NCBI GenBank assembly: GCA_973895155.1
Contig: OZ316895.1
Coordinates: 1,626,994 to 1,690,993 of the forward strand
Reading direction: 5' to 3'
Length of the DNA stretch: 64,000 nucleotides
DNA from: Marsupella aquatica
Taxonomy: Eukaryota; Plantae; Marchantiophyta
This document shows positions 36,901-50,805 of this stretch, one piece after another. Made by a program: the position numbers and the translations under genes. Position 1 is the stretch's first letter. Every line of letters starts with the position of its first letter. The notes beneath the pieces are model-generated. The model was not told the origin of the DNA and made no database searches. It saw only the letters and a list, made by a program, of their open reading frames with translations.

Positions 36901-37535
36901 GTATCCTACACAGCTTTGCGGGCGAAGGAATAAAGACGGACCTGAAATGCGCAGACTGTGCACTTCGAGCATAAACATGAGGGCCGCGAAAGCTTCGTCG
37001 CTGTAATCCAACACGCGATGTAGAATGGGTCGTCTTTGAGCCATAACCTGTCCGAAATTTCCCAATAAACTCAGGCCATCAAGTTACTGATTGGCTTGCC
37101 TTCCATTGAAGTGCACATAACGATTTCTTTCCTTTTCAATTCTAACAAAACATATTACATCAATAGACCCTGTGGGACGTGGGACAGGAGTTTCTCCGTG
37201 AAATTGCCCAATCCCACGACCGAACAGAGAACTCCAATGAAGAAAAGAGCAATCCATGCAAGTGTCCTACAAACTTGAAATTGGACATTCTCCTTCTATC
37301 TCAATCGCAACGAAGACCTGGATTTTCAAGACAGCCACCCATATAAAATACATATATCATAATGTCTTTCACGAGAGGAGAATCCTTTGACATGGGTGAA
37401 GACTAGTAGCCAGACAGTGGGACTCACACCAAGAGAGTAGAGCAACGCTGCGCGCAGACTGGATGGCAGATGCTGAGCCGCCACCATTTCGAAGAAAGTA
37501 GGGCGAGTGCCCTCTCCTCCCACCTGCATCAACAT
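33931..37535 (-). CDS. PEX12: Peroxin 12 (RING peroxin), about 10 exons
   Basis: MLMQVGGEGTRPTFFEMVAAQHLP; DASFAEALYGLRRR; VGLPYLKSK; AAVFIFK|MVEWWYQSAEQR..PPPPPPPPK|VAKNGIPLP.DRTICPLC...SGYVFCYPCI|YKRCPITL...IRRLYYDS*. Confidence 0.95.
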
Positions 37536-37539
37536 TGTG

Positions 37540-37586
37540 TCTTCTTCTTCTTCTTCTTCTTCTTCTTCTGGTTCTTCTTCTTCTTC
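37540..37586. repeat. Interrupted (TTC)n/(GAA)n microsatellite immediately 5' of the PEX12 ATG
   Basis: About 15 TTC units, read directly. Confidence 0.9.
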
Positions 37587-39449
37587 AATCAACAACGATT
37601 CGAACTGCAACTTCAATCCAATCAGTATCCCCAAGGGAAAGTCGCTGTGGCCATCCTAACAGTGCAAGCAAACCCGCACGATGATCTGCCTCAGAGAGAA
37701 ACGAAAACTATAGCAGCTTACAGTCACTCAGTACCAAGCTCCATCTCCACCACTAAGTTCGACATTACACAACTGAACTGAGACGCAGATCATGAGTTGG
37801 TGCCACTCAAGGCTCCTTGCAGTTCCTTCCAAATTTAAACTCCTTCTTGGACAACACCATGGGGATTGACTTCCAGAAAAGCACAGCCCAGTAGGGCATT
37901 CTCATCATTTGACGAGCTGTGAGCGTCTGCCCTCGCTCGGGCAGGAAGAATTCCTTAAGAGGAGTCTTTTCGTTTCGCTGTTTATTGTTTTCAACTGGTG
38001 ATAGGTGCATTCTCAAGAGTGAGCACTAAAATGAGGAAGTGACATGGACTGCACCCCAATCCGTGCATGCAAGTAAGTGGCTAGAAATGAGGATGCTGCC
38101 CAAGTGTTTTTTTTTGGTCTTTTTGGTTTTTTTCGTCGGTCATTAGTGGCGTGTCAAAGCAGGGCCATAACAGAGTTACAGCCTAGTACATAAAACTGTT
38201 TTATGGGCCATAACCGAGTTGCAGCCTATATAGTACATAAAACTGTTTTACGATCAAGACAAAACTGTTTTATGATGAGGACAAAAACGTCAAGGGCTCA
38301 CTGCATAGGTGACCCACAAAGATGTACATCCAAATTCACCCATAAGTTCATGGAAAGTCCATAGTAATAAAGTTGATCGATAAAGGCTTTCCAGTTTGTT
38401 GCCCAGTAGGGGTTTAGGTCTTCTCTACCAGGCTTTCCAATTTCTTGCCCAGTAGGATTTTGGATCTTAGGTTGCTTCCTTGTGGATTTGTTTGTTGTTG
38501 TGGGGCATTCACTGGTTTGTTGAGCCTCTGACTTTGGTCTTGTTGGGGGTCTTTCTTTTTAACTCTGGCTTTATTGGGTCTTTTTTCTTGAAATACCAAA
38601 AGTTGACCCATCCAATAGAGGTAGATGATCAACAACTCCATAGAGGTAGGCGATCAACAACTCTGGAGCATGTACCTATGTAGGGTAGCCCACAAGGGGG
38701 GTCATACCCAGTACCAATAGGGAGAGAGGGTTGGACCAAAGCCCCAAAGCAGACCAGCCAGGGGCTCAGGAGAAACCATGATTCCCACCACTACACCTCA
38801 CCCACCCACACAGTCACCCTCCACAACCCTTGCATGTGGAGGGGGGATTGAACCTTGGATCTCTCAGTTCTAGGTTCATCCCCTGGCCAACTGACCAGGG
38901 TCTTTTTTTCTCCAGCTTTATTGGGTCTTTTTGCCTTTGGGATATGTCTCCAGGTTTGGCTTTCCTGTCCTTTTGGCACTCTTATACATGGCTTTATTAG
39001 GGCATCTCAAAGCTTGGAAAATTACATATGCATTCCGACATAACTTTTTCATAAGACTCTATAAAAGTTTTTTTGTTTTTTCTCTTACCAGCCTCTAGAG
39101 TGACTAATGGTTATTGACTATGAATTCTGCAGTCCACAATTTTTTGTGTCCATAATCCATAGTACATCAAATTGTCAGCTTTCCCACTAGCCTCTAGAGT
39201 GACTAATGGTTATGGCATAAGACCAATCCTTATGACACAAAAGTATAGACTATGAATTCTGTAGTCCATAATTTTTTGTGTCCATAATCCATAATCCATA
39301 GAACATTATCTATTTTTGAAACTGCTATATGGTGAATCCACCTTTCAGATTTTGTCTTATTCAGAGTTTTGGTGTCATATATTTTTATTTCAATGTGCCT
39401 TATCAAGGGGCAGCCTGTGTATCATATACATTTTTATTTAATTTATGGA

Positions 39450-39636
39450 CCCCTTTAATTTTAGGATTCTAGAGTATTTTGAACTTATTTTGGCAGCCCC
39501 CTTATAAATATTAATGTTTGTAATTTATTAGAGACAAAACTGCTCCATCACTCCCTTTAATTTTAGGATTCTAGAGTATTTTGAACTTATTTTGGCAGCC
39601 CCCTTATAAATATTAATGTTTGTGATTTATTAGAGA
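39450..39636. repeat. About 103-bp tandem duplication; the second copy is the Helitron target
   Basis: CCCTTTAATTTTAGGATTCTAGAGTATTTTGAACTTATTTTGGCAGCCCCCTTATAAAT occurs twice. Confidence 0.9.
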
Positions 39637-41005
39637 CTAGCTCAATACCTGTGCGTTGCACAAAATAAGTCGTGTCGGCCAAGATGTCATTGAGAAAAAA
39701 TGATGTAGTGTCAGCCAAGAGGTCGTGGAGAAAAAAGATGTCTTGTTGCCCAAGAGGTTGTGGAGAGAAAAGATGTTGTGTGGCCCAAGAGGTCGTTAAG
39801 AGTAACGATGTTGTGTCGCCCAAGAGGTCGTTGAGAGTAAAGATGTCGTGTCGCCCAAGAGGTCATTGAGAGAAAAGAAGTTGTGTTGGTCAAGATGTCG
39901 TTGAGAAAAAAAGATGTTGTATTGGCCAAGAGGTTGTTGAAAGAAAATATGTAGTGTCAACCAAGAGGTCATGGAGAAAAAAGATGTCTTGTCGCCCAAG
40001 AGGTCATTGAGAAAAAAAGATGTCGTGTCGGCCAAGAAGACGTTGAGAAAAAAAGATGTCGGCGAAGAAGTCGTTGAGAAAAAAGACGTTGTGTCGGCCA
40101 AGATGTCATTGAGAAAAAATTGTCATGTTGGCAAAGATGTTGAGAAAAAAATGTTGTGTCGGCCAAGACATCGTTCACGGAAAATACCCGTGCGTTGCAC
40201 AAAAGATGTTGTTAAGAAATAAGATGTCGTGTTGCCCAAGATGTTAAGTGAAAGATGTCACAAAGTAAAAAGATGTCACAAAGTAAAAAGATGTCTTAAA
40301 AAAAGTAGTTTTGCCAAACACGCCATTGTGTGAAAGATGTTATTAAGAAAAAGGTGTCATTTTGCCAAAGATATCGTGAAGTAAAAGATGTTAAACGAAA
40401 AATGGCGTTATTTCACCCAAGCTATCGTTCTGTGAAAGATGTTATGAAATAAAAAATCAAGGAAACTAAGGAGTGAGTCTTTTTCTTTGTTTTGTTATTT
40501 TACCCAAAATGCCCATGCATTTGAATGGTGACCACTATAAATTAACTAACTTCCAAAGAGTTAAATCTCCTTTTTAAGAGCAAAAGCCAAAATAATATAA
40601 TGTCAACCTACTCTCTTCCCCTTAGTGCTAGCTCCCTACCAAAACCATTATCTCAAGTAAATCTTTTCATGCCCCATGCCAAATGTACTCTAAATTAATA
40701 GACCATAAAATAATATACTTACACTTTAATGCTCCATACCAAAAAGTATTATATGCCAGCTACAAAATAACTACACTAACACATGCAAGTACTCTATGAC
40801 ATATTATATCTACTTTGTACTATAACTTACATACCTACCTTGTACTATAACTTACAGCCAATTTTAGGTTCCCATCTCACTCAATCCAAGAGCCATAAAT
40901 AATTCTAGAAAATATCTGATGGCTTAGCTTTAATCCCTCCTTTTTCATTTTTGTAACGGGACGCGAAAGACTAAAACTGGCGGGATTCATTATTATAGTA
41001 GTAGA
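39637..41005 (-). mobile_element. Non-autonomous Helitron (about 1.37 kb) containing a minisatellite of about 35 bp
   Basis: On the minus strand it starts A|TCTACTACTATAATAAT and ends GTGCAACGCAC(hairpin)AGGTATTGAGCTAG|T, inserted between A and T with no TSD. CCAAGA-containing units recur every 35-36 bp over 39670-40250, decaying to about 40440. Confidence 0.85.
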
Positions 41006-41026
41006 TGAAACCCCTCCATCACTTGA

Positions 41027-41089
41027 ACCAAGTATTCTCATGAGTGTGAGAGAAATGTACCAAGTATTCTCATGAGTGTGAGAGAAATG
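41027..41089. repeat. 32-bp tandem duplication
   Basis: ACCAAGTATTCTCATGAGTGTGAGAGAAATG occurs twice. Confidence 0.9.
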
Positions 41090-42652
41090 ATTCTGATTGT
41101 GTCTTAACTCTTAAGTTCCCCTCATGTCTTTCTTTTCTAAGTTTATATATTTTTTATTGAAAGGAGTGTTGTCATACATAAGGACATTGAGTTAGCACAC
41201 ATCCTAGTATCCTTGTGTCATAAAAGTTGTACTTTTCATTGGTCCGTGCTTTCCTGGCAGGCACTTTAATTTACATTATTTTATGTTTCTAGTTATGTTC
41301 TCATATTTATTTACTTTCAAATCATTATAAGACAAAAACTCGAGCATGTTCCAGGATGAGCATGCTATAGACAAAAACTCGAGCATGAGCATGCTATATA
41401 TGCATAGAACATGAAGCTTTGAGAGGCACTATTGGGTCTTTTGCCTTTGCGATATGTCTCCCCGTTTGGGTTTCCTGTCCTTTTGGCACTGTTATAGATA
41501 TAGAAAAGAGACAGGAAAAGAGTCAATTCGCAACTGACAGTTTTTCCTTTGTTGTATGATACGGAGCAAGGACGTAAGCACGCATCCTCCGGAGGAAAGC
41601 GTTCGCCGGTGCAGTGGAGGGACGAGGGCCGGAGTTCTGCTACTTCCTAAGATTTAGTAAGCCATGGAGAAGAGGGCACGACTCCTGCTGCCTAAGATTT
41701 TGTACGGTAGCCTACTAAAATGGATGAATGCATGAATGACAGAAGATAGGGAGGGCGCCTTGAGTGCTTCCGGACCTGCCTTAAGAATTTCTGTCAATAA
41801 TTGATTCTCCCAAATCGACAGACTGTTTCTCATCGAACGCGGAAATCTGGTGCTCTGGTTATGTGCCTAGTCGTATTCGGATCGAGTTTCTGTGATTGGC
41901 AGGCTTCTGGATGTAAGTTTAATGAAACCTAAGGCATCGCATCCTTTTTCCGCATTGATCGACTGTCGAGGTTGACAGTGTTTGCCAATTTCCATCCGCT
42001 TCGAATTGCAAATTGACCGACCCTCGTCCCCTGGATTCGTTCCACTCGTATTTTACTAACGAGCTTTGCCGAAGTAAATATGCGTCGAATGGTCGATGCA
42101 AACAGAGAGGTTTCTGATGCGCAAGTCTCAAGATGCACAAAACTTCTTATTTGCGACTCCCATTCTCGCACACATCAAAACTTTGACTCACTTCTTAGCC
42201 AATTAAGGGACTACCCTAACGTAGCCATCAGGAATCTCTTTCTCTCGGCTGCCTGCCCCGAAAGCTTGAGGGTATCCTTTGAACGATTACCATTATTGTA
42301 ACTGAAGGCTTCAATGGCAGCACCCTTTCATTTAGAAACTGATTTGCGAATTTCTGAGCTTATCCTCTGGAGTGGCTCGTTCTGGTCTCACAAGGGCAAA
42401 CTCTTGACACACGTGAAATCGGTCACCTCTAGTGCGTTTCAGAATGAAGTCTTCGAACACTAATCAGACAACTGACGATGCCAAACGATGTGAGACGGAT
42501 GACATTCGTCGGTTTCTGCAAGCACATTTGAAAGACTTCTATTCTACGAGGACCGTCTGGGCGTTCTAGGCTGTTGCTGCGTTTCTATCATCCCCGTTAT
42601 CTTCGGCGAATTCTCAAATTTTATTAACTCAGCCCCATTCGACAGTCATACG

Positions 42653-45600
42653 ATGCCTCCAGTATCCACTGAGGACTATCAGGCGGGCAGGTGGAGCAAT
42701 AAATCTAGAGGACGATGGGATACTTACGAAAAGCCGCGGGATGAGGAAAACTGCCCTCCAAACTTGGACTACAAGGTTATCGAGCAGATTGCTGATGGCG
42801 TGGAGAAAATGATCCTAGCCTGGACTCACGGTGAAGAGCAGAGGGCTCATGCTCCACGGTCAGCGGCTACAAATTCGGCAGCTTCCAATACGACAAATGT
42901 GACGCGAGGTAAGATTCAAACCTCTATTTCGTACTGTTCAAAGATAAATTTGGGGCTTCACGGGCGAAGTCATGTTCTGTATGAAAGAACTGAAGGATTA
43001 GCTAGGCGATCGTTAATTAATCGCAGAGTTTTCCTTTTTCGCCTGACCGGAGCTTTCTTACTTCATATGTTGATCACATATGAAGTCCTTCCACCTTTAC
43101 TATACAGACATGTAAATCGAGATTCAGTTGAAAATTCATGATACTTTCCTTTGTGTAATGGAAACCACTGCTAATGAATATACGTCCCTTCTTCATTCTC
43201 GAAATGAAATGAATATATCGCCTACTTTTGCGTGCTCGCCTTTCTGATTGAAGTGACCCTTTCTAGATTCCAGAATACGTGCTTGATATTTGGAATTTAA
43301 AATAAAATTTACATTGCTTAGTAGTCCAGCAACACGACAGAGGTGTAACTCCGATAGAAACGCTCCTTTAGGTTGTGATTCAATTAACGAATGAATACCT
43401 TCGGGCGAGAGCTTGTCGATTGCAGAGGGCTGAGTTATATCGACGTGTGCAGGTTTGCAGAAGCCAATGAAAATAAAAAGCCCCTTAAGTGAGAAGAGCG
43501 TCCAAGGTGAAGCAGGTTGCAACTATGTGTGTCCCGTCCAAGTCCAAGACCTTCCTGGGGGGGTGACTGCCCAAATCTCAATCAATGGAAACTGTCCTGG
43601 AGCAGGCATGGGATCAGCCATAAGCCAGATTGTGAGTCAGGCGGTTAAACACACTGGAACGGTTTCCAACAAGGACATACACGCCGAAAAGACGGTAACA
43701 GAGACAGCTACGTATTGGTACTTAGAGGCTAGCAACGCCACTAATCAAGGATGTCGAGGAAGCTCAAGAGAGCATGAGAGAAAACCGGAGAGTAGTGGTC
43801 GCATAGGAGGTACCAATTGCATAAGAACGCTTTCCTTTGGTCCACACTTGTCATGCAGCGCGCAAGAAACTTTCCTTGAGGTCTAGGTCTAGTGCTTAAG
43901 TACTGGAGTCCCAAACAAATGATGCTAAATTTACACCTCCTAGGAGGTTTTAAGAAAGCTTGTGTTGTCTCTAACCCGCTCTCCCATTGACTCTCATAGT
44001 GAATTTAAAAACATTATTTGCGTTTGCTCCCAGCACCAGCTTCGTCTAAAGAGAAGATGGTGAGGAAATGGAATTGTGACCATACTTCCCAAATTGTCTT
44101 TCTAGAGAACGGTGCTGGTAGTTAACACATCATGTCACCATTTCCATCTAGATCTGAGGAGTCCAGCCTCCACTTTCCAGTAAATCTAACCCTGAGAAGT
44201 TGCTGAAACCATCCCCATGAAACGCAGCATCTACTCGTTTTTAGAGCTGCACTTCTTCCCGCCAATATGTTATAAATTTCATTGCAGGTTTTGATGATAA
44301 TCCCAAACAGAGCTGTTGTCCTGAGAAGGGTGGTCTGGAAGGTAAAAGTTGGACCAAGGAAGAGAAGGATTCTCGGTCAGTCTCGAGAAGTGGTTCCGGG
44401 GGCGGGCCAGAGGGTTCTCCTGCGTCATCCGATCAGAGCACTCAACAGAGAATTGATTTCCGTGACCACCGTGGATCCAGACAAAATAAGCTCAAGGAAT
44501 TCGAGTTCCTAAGAACAAATAGTTCAGGTTCTGCTGAGCAACCATTGACAAGCAAGAAAACAACACCGAACTCGACCCCTCAGAGTGAGACTCAGAGTGG
44601 TCCAAGGCACCCAGAGACAAAAGTAAATGAAGTTGTGGAGGCGCCTCGCTTGCCAAGGGTAAACTTAGGTGAGTTTTGTCATTCTCATCCTTTTATACCA
44701 CATCGTAAGTTGCTATAGTTCCAGCTAGTGTTTGCCAAGATCCTACTTGATGAAGAGGTTCTTCCTCAGCTATCAAGTTGATCAGTAGGGGGTGACTTCT
44801 GGAGCTTGGTTCAGTATTAACCTGTCGTGCTAACTCAAACAATTAATTGCAAAGAAGAATCGAGTACATTGATCGAATGGGAATTGGGTCGAACTTGTGA
44901 ACAGGCCCAAGCCGGATAGGCTGCTTGAATGCACAAATCGGCTCGGTGATTATTGATGATGAGCTGCTGGAGAAAAAACTTGCAGCCCTTACCACCATGC
45001 CGCCTACACCACTCACGGTAAGAGTCCTCTCATGGGAGTTATCCATGTTCTTAGCTTCCACTTGATTGCCGCGTAGTTACTGAGCGACTATGTAATCCAT
45101 TATGAAGTAATTCGCTTCTCCCAAACCCATTTAGACTGTTATGCACGGGCTCTGGATGCCCTTGAACAATTTGGAGAAAGGAAATATTAGCAAACATCAG
45201 TCACTCTTGAGAGCGAAGACCAGAACTCATAGTATAATGAGTTGAAATAGAGCACGTATTGTCATGTTTCCGAGGTAATCCAATCTCCATGTCCATAGCT
45301 GTACTTACGCACAGGGCAAGTGCAAGCAGATTGCAAAGCTTGTAGGCTCAAAAGGAAGGTGTACGTGGCCAGTGTCTCGCACCCTTATACGTTTATCTTA
45401 TCAGATGTTTGACCCTTGCTTGCTGCAGACCTGGTTGGAAATTCAAGACCATCTTACCGTTATGCAGCTAGCAGTGAACTGTATCTGACTTCACCTCACC
45501 GTTACTTTGTGTCTCCACTCTTGCAGGAAGGTGAAGATTTGACTTCCGAGGATAAGCTGAGACAGTGTCAGGACCTGCAAATAGCATTACTTGAGTGTGC

Positions 45601-48587
45601 AATGGAGTATGAGATCAAGGTTAGTAATTTGACATGCCTCGTAATAGTCCATGAAGTCTCTTGATATTTACAAGACCTTACATCTCAATCAATCAATGAG
45701 TCAATTATTCGTTATAGCTTTCATTAGAGACGGTGTTGCAGAAGTCTTGCAAGCTCGTAAATCTCATTTCATGTTTATGTACGACCCAATCTAGAGTAGG
45801 ACTAAGCATGTTGCTACAATCCACCCTGAATGATATTTTGTTGTATTGTATTGTAGACGATTGAGTTGAAAATAAAGCTGAAGAGTCTTCAATCGACTCC
45901 TAAGCATTCAGATGACTCCAAATCCGGCTCGGCTGAGGTACTCAGCTTTTTCAACACTTCAAAAATATCATTATAAACCCTACCCCCCTGAACAGGGCTC
46001 CATATGACCTTAAGGATCTAGATCTGTGCTGAGAAGACAGGGCTTCCAAAGTCACATTACGGCCACTTCTTTCATTCGAGACGAATAGAAGTATCCTCTC
46101 CGGGATATGGTGTTGTTATAGGCAAGAATTGTGGGAGTCGTCAATTCACTTCAAAGCTTACCTCAAGCTTACTTCTAAACAGAGAATATGTCCAGCTCGT
46201 GGATGTTGACAAATTAATGTTATGCTTCCCTAAGAAAAACGATACATATCATGGCAATCCCTATCACAGGGTTCTAATCGAAAGTTCTTGAGAAATTATT
46301 GCCCACAGTGTGGCCAGAGGGTGAAAAGAGGACTGAAACATTGGGCCGTTTCAGAAATGCCTTTGATTCCCCACACATCCATTGTGACCGGTTCCTAATC
46401 AGTACCAATTCATCTAGTATCGTGGATAGTCATGAACCTCTAAGAGCATTTAAGTAAAGCAACAAATATTTTGATGTTTCAGAAGGACCAGACGCATTGC
46501 ACTAAGAACTCAAGAGAATCTCAAATTGTAAGTTTAATCTGTTCTTCTATTCCTGAATTGACATACACACACGAGAATTCACATTATTATTTATGTCAAA
46601 CATGTCAAATTCAGAGGACAAATATCTCATTTGCCTTGTCGTCACGCTCGTTTGATTGCTGACCCCTCTGTGGTCAGCTGTTCTTTCCTAATGTTCTTGC
46701 GGTGATGATGGATGTCTCTTTGAAATTTACTAAAGAAAACCGCAGGAGGAAGAGTCTTTGGGTCAATTCCGTTTACTCAAATACTCATATTAGGAATGGG
46801 TTTTTTCGGAGTAAAGGTGGAGTCGATGAAGAAGCAATTATTCAAGCTCCAACGTGAGAAAGGAGCTGTCACCAAGGAATACTTGTCACTGCAGAAGAAA
46901 GAAAGGTGCATTGCCTGATTATGCTTGCCACCTATTCTCGCCCAAATCATGAAATCACTTTTCACTCAAGTCAGTTTCAATTGCTCAAGGAGGGTACAAG
47001 AGTGTCGAGCACATTTGATCCCAGTCGGTCCAGATTGATCGTTAACATTGAATACAGGGAGGGTTGAATCGGGCTGAATTCGTGCAAGAGCATTCTACAC
47101 TTCTATCTGCGTCCTGAATCTGAGATGCTGCTAATCAGAACAGATGGGCGTTCATATTCCAAGAATGTCTTTCACGTTCGTCCTCAATCATCTTAGAGAA
47201 CTGCCAATTAACGTGCCCTGGCAAAAGTTCCGAGTCTATCCCCCACTTTAATCCTCCAGTGTTTGGCCAGACTGATAATTGTGGTAATTAATGGCACATT
47301 CAACACTGTATGAGTCAACAGTAGAGCTTCTCGAAAAGTTAGCATATATGGATGTTACAAAACTGGAAACGGACCTGAAACGGAGGAGGGTTCCTTGACA
47401 GGAAATTTGAAGTACAAAAGCGAAACTTGGAAGACGCACAGATTAGAGTGAACCGTTTGCAGAGGTTGGTAAATTTCTCTTTTGGTTTGCCCAACTAAGA
47501 TCGTGGTTGAATTTAGACAACACTGGATGATTCCTGTCATTGAGAACAATTAAAATAACTTGTAGTCGAGGAAAATCTTTGCTTCCAATCATTCCATAAG
47601 TAATTCTTGTGAGGACTTACATGTAGAGAACTGGTAAGGAAAGACCAGGAGCTCTTGGACTGCCAGTTGATGGAGAAGCATATCCAAGCCAAACTTCAAG
47701 AAGTAGAAGCCCAGGCTAAGACAAGTCATCGATCTCCCGAGCCCCAGCCAGGGGTCGAGCCTGCGAAACTTGTGGCCTTACTTCCATCCCTTCGTGAATG
47801 GGTGAAGACTCTCAAGAAGGTAAGCAGCCTTTACTGACGACAGAAAATTCTCTGAATGCAAACTCCACGCAACCGCTTCCTCTCGAGCGAACGCTTCTTT
47901 TCCTGGGCATGAATTTCCCACAGCGATCGTGAAAAGTTTGTTCTTCAGGTGCTTATTAATGCCCGCAGCAGTCCGTTTCAATACTGTCACAAAGTTTCCC
48001 ATCAGGAAGGACTGGGACTCGAGTGTTGGCTGGTAGTGGATCAGGGACGAATTTTTTTTAACGCACCGCCCCACGCTGCGATTTATGTGTAGTTCATTTG
48101 GTACTATTGTCCGAAAGAGTGATCCAGAGCCGACTGTAAAAGTGCAGGATCGGGCATGTGAGCCAGCAATGATCAAGTTGATGGAGGGGTACTGCATGAA
48201 AGGAGAAAACCGTACAGTAAACTTCTATTTGCATGACCTTCCTTCCTTTCAGTTTGTCGTTGCTTGCTAAGCAGCTGCCATAGTGTCAGGTTCCATTTGA
48301 TACAGATATAGGAGATAAGTTCTGCTTTCACATAAAAACCATGAGTTGGGACCTTCCGACCATAATCTAATTGACGATCGCATCACTCATGTCAAATTGT
48401 CAATGTCTGGTGGTTGTTCCTCAGGAACCCTTCAGGCCTAGATCTGGGAATGAGAAATTGCTCCAGTCGGATGGCTCACACAAAGAGTTCGAAACAGTGG
48501 TTCAATCTTTAGTGAAGGAGGTTCAAGCTTTGCAGAAGGAGCTTGGAAAGCTGGGCTCTCGAAGCTGGAAGCATAAAAATCAATCTG
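42653..48587 (+). CDS. Unknown multi-exon protein with a disordered N-terminal half and coiled-coil C-terminal half (start and stop uncertain)
   Basis: GT-AG-bounded open exons at about 42653-42908, 43453-43809, 44288-44668, 44905-45017, 45526-45618, 45857-45937, 46483-46527, 46800-46904, 47402-47464, 47627-47819, 48425-48587. Heptad-rich VESMKKQLFKLQREK, RKFEVQKRNLEDAQIRVNRLQRELVRKDQEL and LVKEVQALQKEL. Not every junction is resolved. Confidence 0.6.
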
Positions 48588-50805
48588 TAAGACCTGCTTT
48601 ACTACCCCACTCGTTACGCATGCAGCTGACTACCAAACGAGTAGATGATTCAGAGTAAGGTGTTGATCTGGAAAGCTGAAAAACTGCTAATCTAGGAACA
48701 ATTATGAAGCACTATTGAGTATCCATGAGTGCTTTCCCCTCAGTGTGCTTAAAGCTGAAAAGTAAGGGGCCCAATTCGTGCAACTAAATTACTCCCATGA
48801 ACAGATATTATGAGTTTGCAGTAACTTCTGATCGGGTGTTGCCGCCTCCTTTACACCTTTGAATATTGGATGACAGGCACATATATTTGGAGAGTTTATG
48901 GCAAAGTCAGGCACATGATCAAAGCACTGAACTCAAAAGTACAGTAAGTACCTGTGCTTATAATGTGCTTTGCATCGCAGTTACCCGCGTGGCGGAATGG
49001 TTTGGAGAACAGACAAGGGGGAAGACTAGCCAGTGGTGGATCTCCCCCGTATACATTCAAACAGTTTTACAACCGCTAACAAAATCAATCACAACACGAG
49101 CTTGCAGTCTGTAATTTGCGAGTTCCTCCTTCGTGCTTTCTGAATTGATCGCTACTGAGAAAAATTCGTGTGCAGCAGCAACCTCTTCAGCGAAGTAATA
49201 GCAGGTCGAAGCTTACGATTGCGACGCAGTGTTCACTGTACCTCTCTCTGGTAGCAGCAAGTTTCCATTGTGACCCAGATCTGTACAAGTCTTCCAGCTT
49301 GCAAAATTACGCACATACTCAGCTACAATCAATTAGGATGCAAACGGGAGGGATAATAAATCTCGGCTCAATTTTGTCACTGCCAATTCTATAGTTCGAC
49401 GTTGGGCAGATCGACTTTGAGTAAAAGAGTTGTATTCTAAGTCGTTTATCCATGCCAGCTTGGATATCGCGACTACCTGTGTGAGAATATTCAGGGGCCT
49501 TATGTGTGCGCCTGTCGCAACCCTTCTTCATTAGGATTGAAGAAGAGCAAAGTTATGAACATTCTCCTCCTGTATCGAACAGTCCATTCGAAATTGGATT
49601 CTTTGGTAAACCATTTCAGAAGAGTAGCAGGTAGTGTATGGAAAACCAGCCATGCTATCCTCCATTTGGGAGTTTAATATGTTGTTCACGGCAGAGAAAA
49701 CAACTTGATCTACTAAATGGTCATCACGAAGCCGCGGTAACAGCACTTTTTGTACAACCTGAGCACATGCTCAGAGGTACACAGTAAAGACATTGGGAGT
49801 CAACAAGGACACCTGAGATACATCGGAACGAAAACAATTTTTTGCCATTCGCACAGTATTCGTAAAGCATGGTTCGCTTTGAAGGTCCATCCGAAACATT
49901 GCTACGTTCCAATAGTGATCAGCCGCCGCAGGTATTGAACGTCGTGTTCGACATGTTCCAATACAAGTAGAACATGAGTTCTTCGAGCATCACCCTCGCA
50001 CACGAATAGGCAGATGTAGCACTAAGATGACAAAAGCTCTTCGCGTTGCCAAGAGTGATTTGCAAAATTATAGAAGAGACCAATGAGGGGACTATATTTG
50101 AGCCGTCTTATGCTCTTGACAATCAAGCGTTTCCATGAGGGGAATTGGACACGTCATGGCTCATTGCAAATTATCAACGATACAAAAAAAATCACCGGTC
50201 CACCAGAACTAACAGCCCATGATGTAAGCTGCAAGCCCACAGCCAAAAGACATAGAAAGTAACTGAGTTTTCGAGCCTGGAACTTGAGAATGAATGAATG
50301 ATTTAAGAGCCCGTTAGTTGCCGGGGACATGGTACAGAACCCATAATGTGGCAATAACCGGTCAACTTGAGATACGGTTAAAGAAAGGGAGACTCTACAT
50401 TTTCTTTGAGCAATAGTTCAAGGTATTACTACTCTGTCTTGAATCGACGGAAGGCCGGCAACCTTTACCATTTTAGATTGCGCAACCGAAGAGCAGAAAC
50501 TACGACGAAAGATTGACCCAAGGTAATTTTGTTGAAACAAGTGAGGGCAGACGAGCAGGAGCCACGATAGGAGAACGGGGAGAACTAGAATTGAGTTTCG
50601 AGCAGCTGTAGAAATCCATACTGCATTGCCCACACCATCAATATAAGCTCCGATATCCAATATTCTTGACAATGACCACACAATTCCAAGAAAAAATATG
50701 TTCAAAGCATGTCATAGCTGCTTCGTGACTTTGATGCCAAGACGAATTAGCTGGTTGAAAGATAGTGCTGCCTGTGGGTAATTTAGTTGCTACTACCTTT
50801 GAGCT

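Noticed and set aside
37536-37634. In-frame poly-Glu extension upstream of PEX12
   Set aside because: No in-frame ATG before an upstream stop; it is a GAA microsatellite in the leader.
39587-40222. Repetitive Lys-rich and Phe-rich ORFs
   Set aside because: Translations of the Helitron minisatellite.
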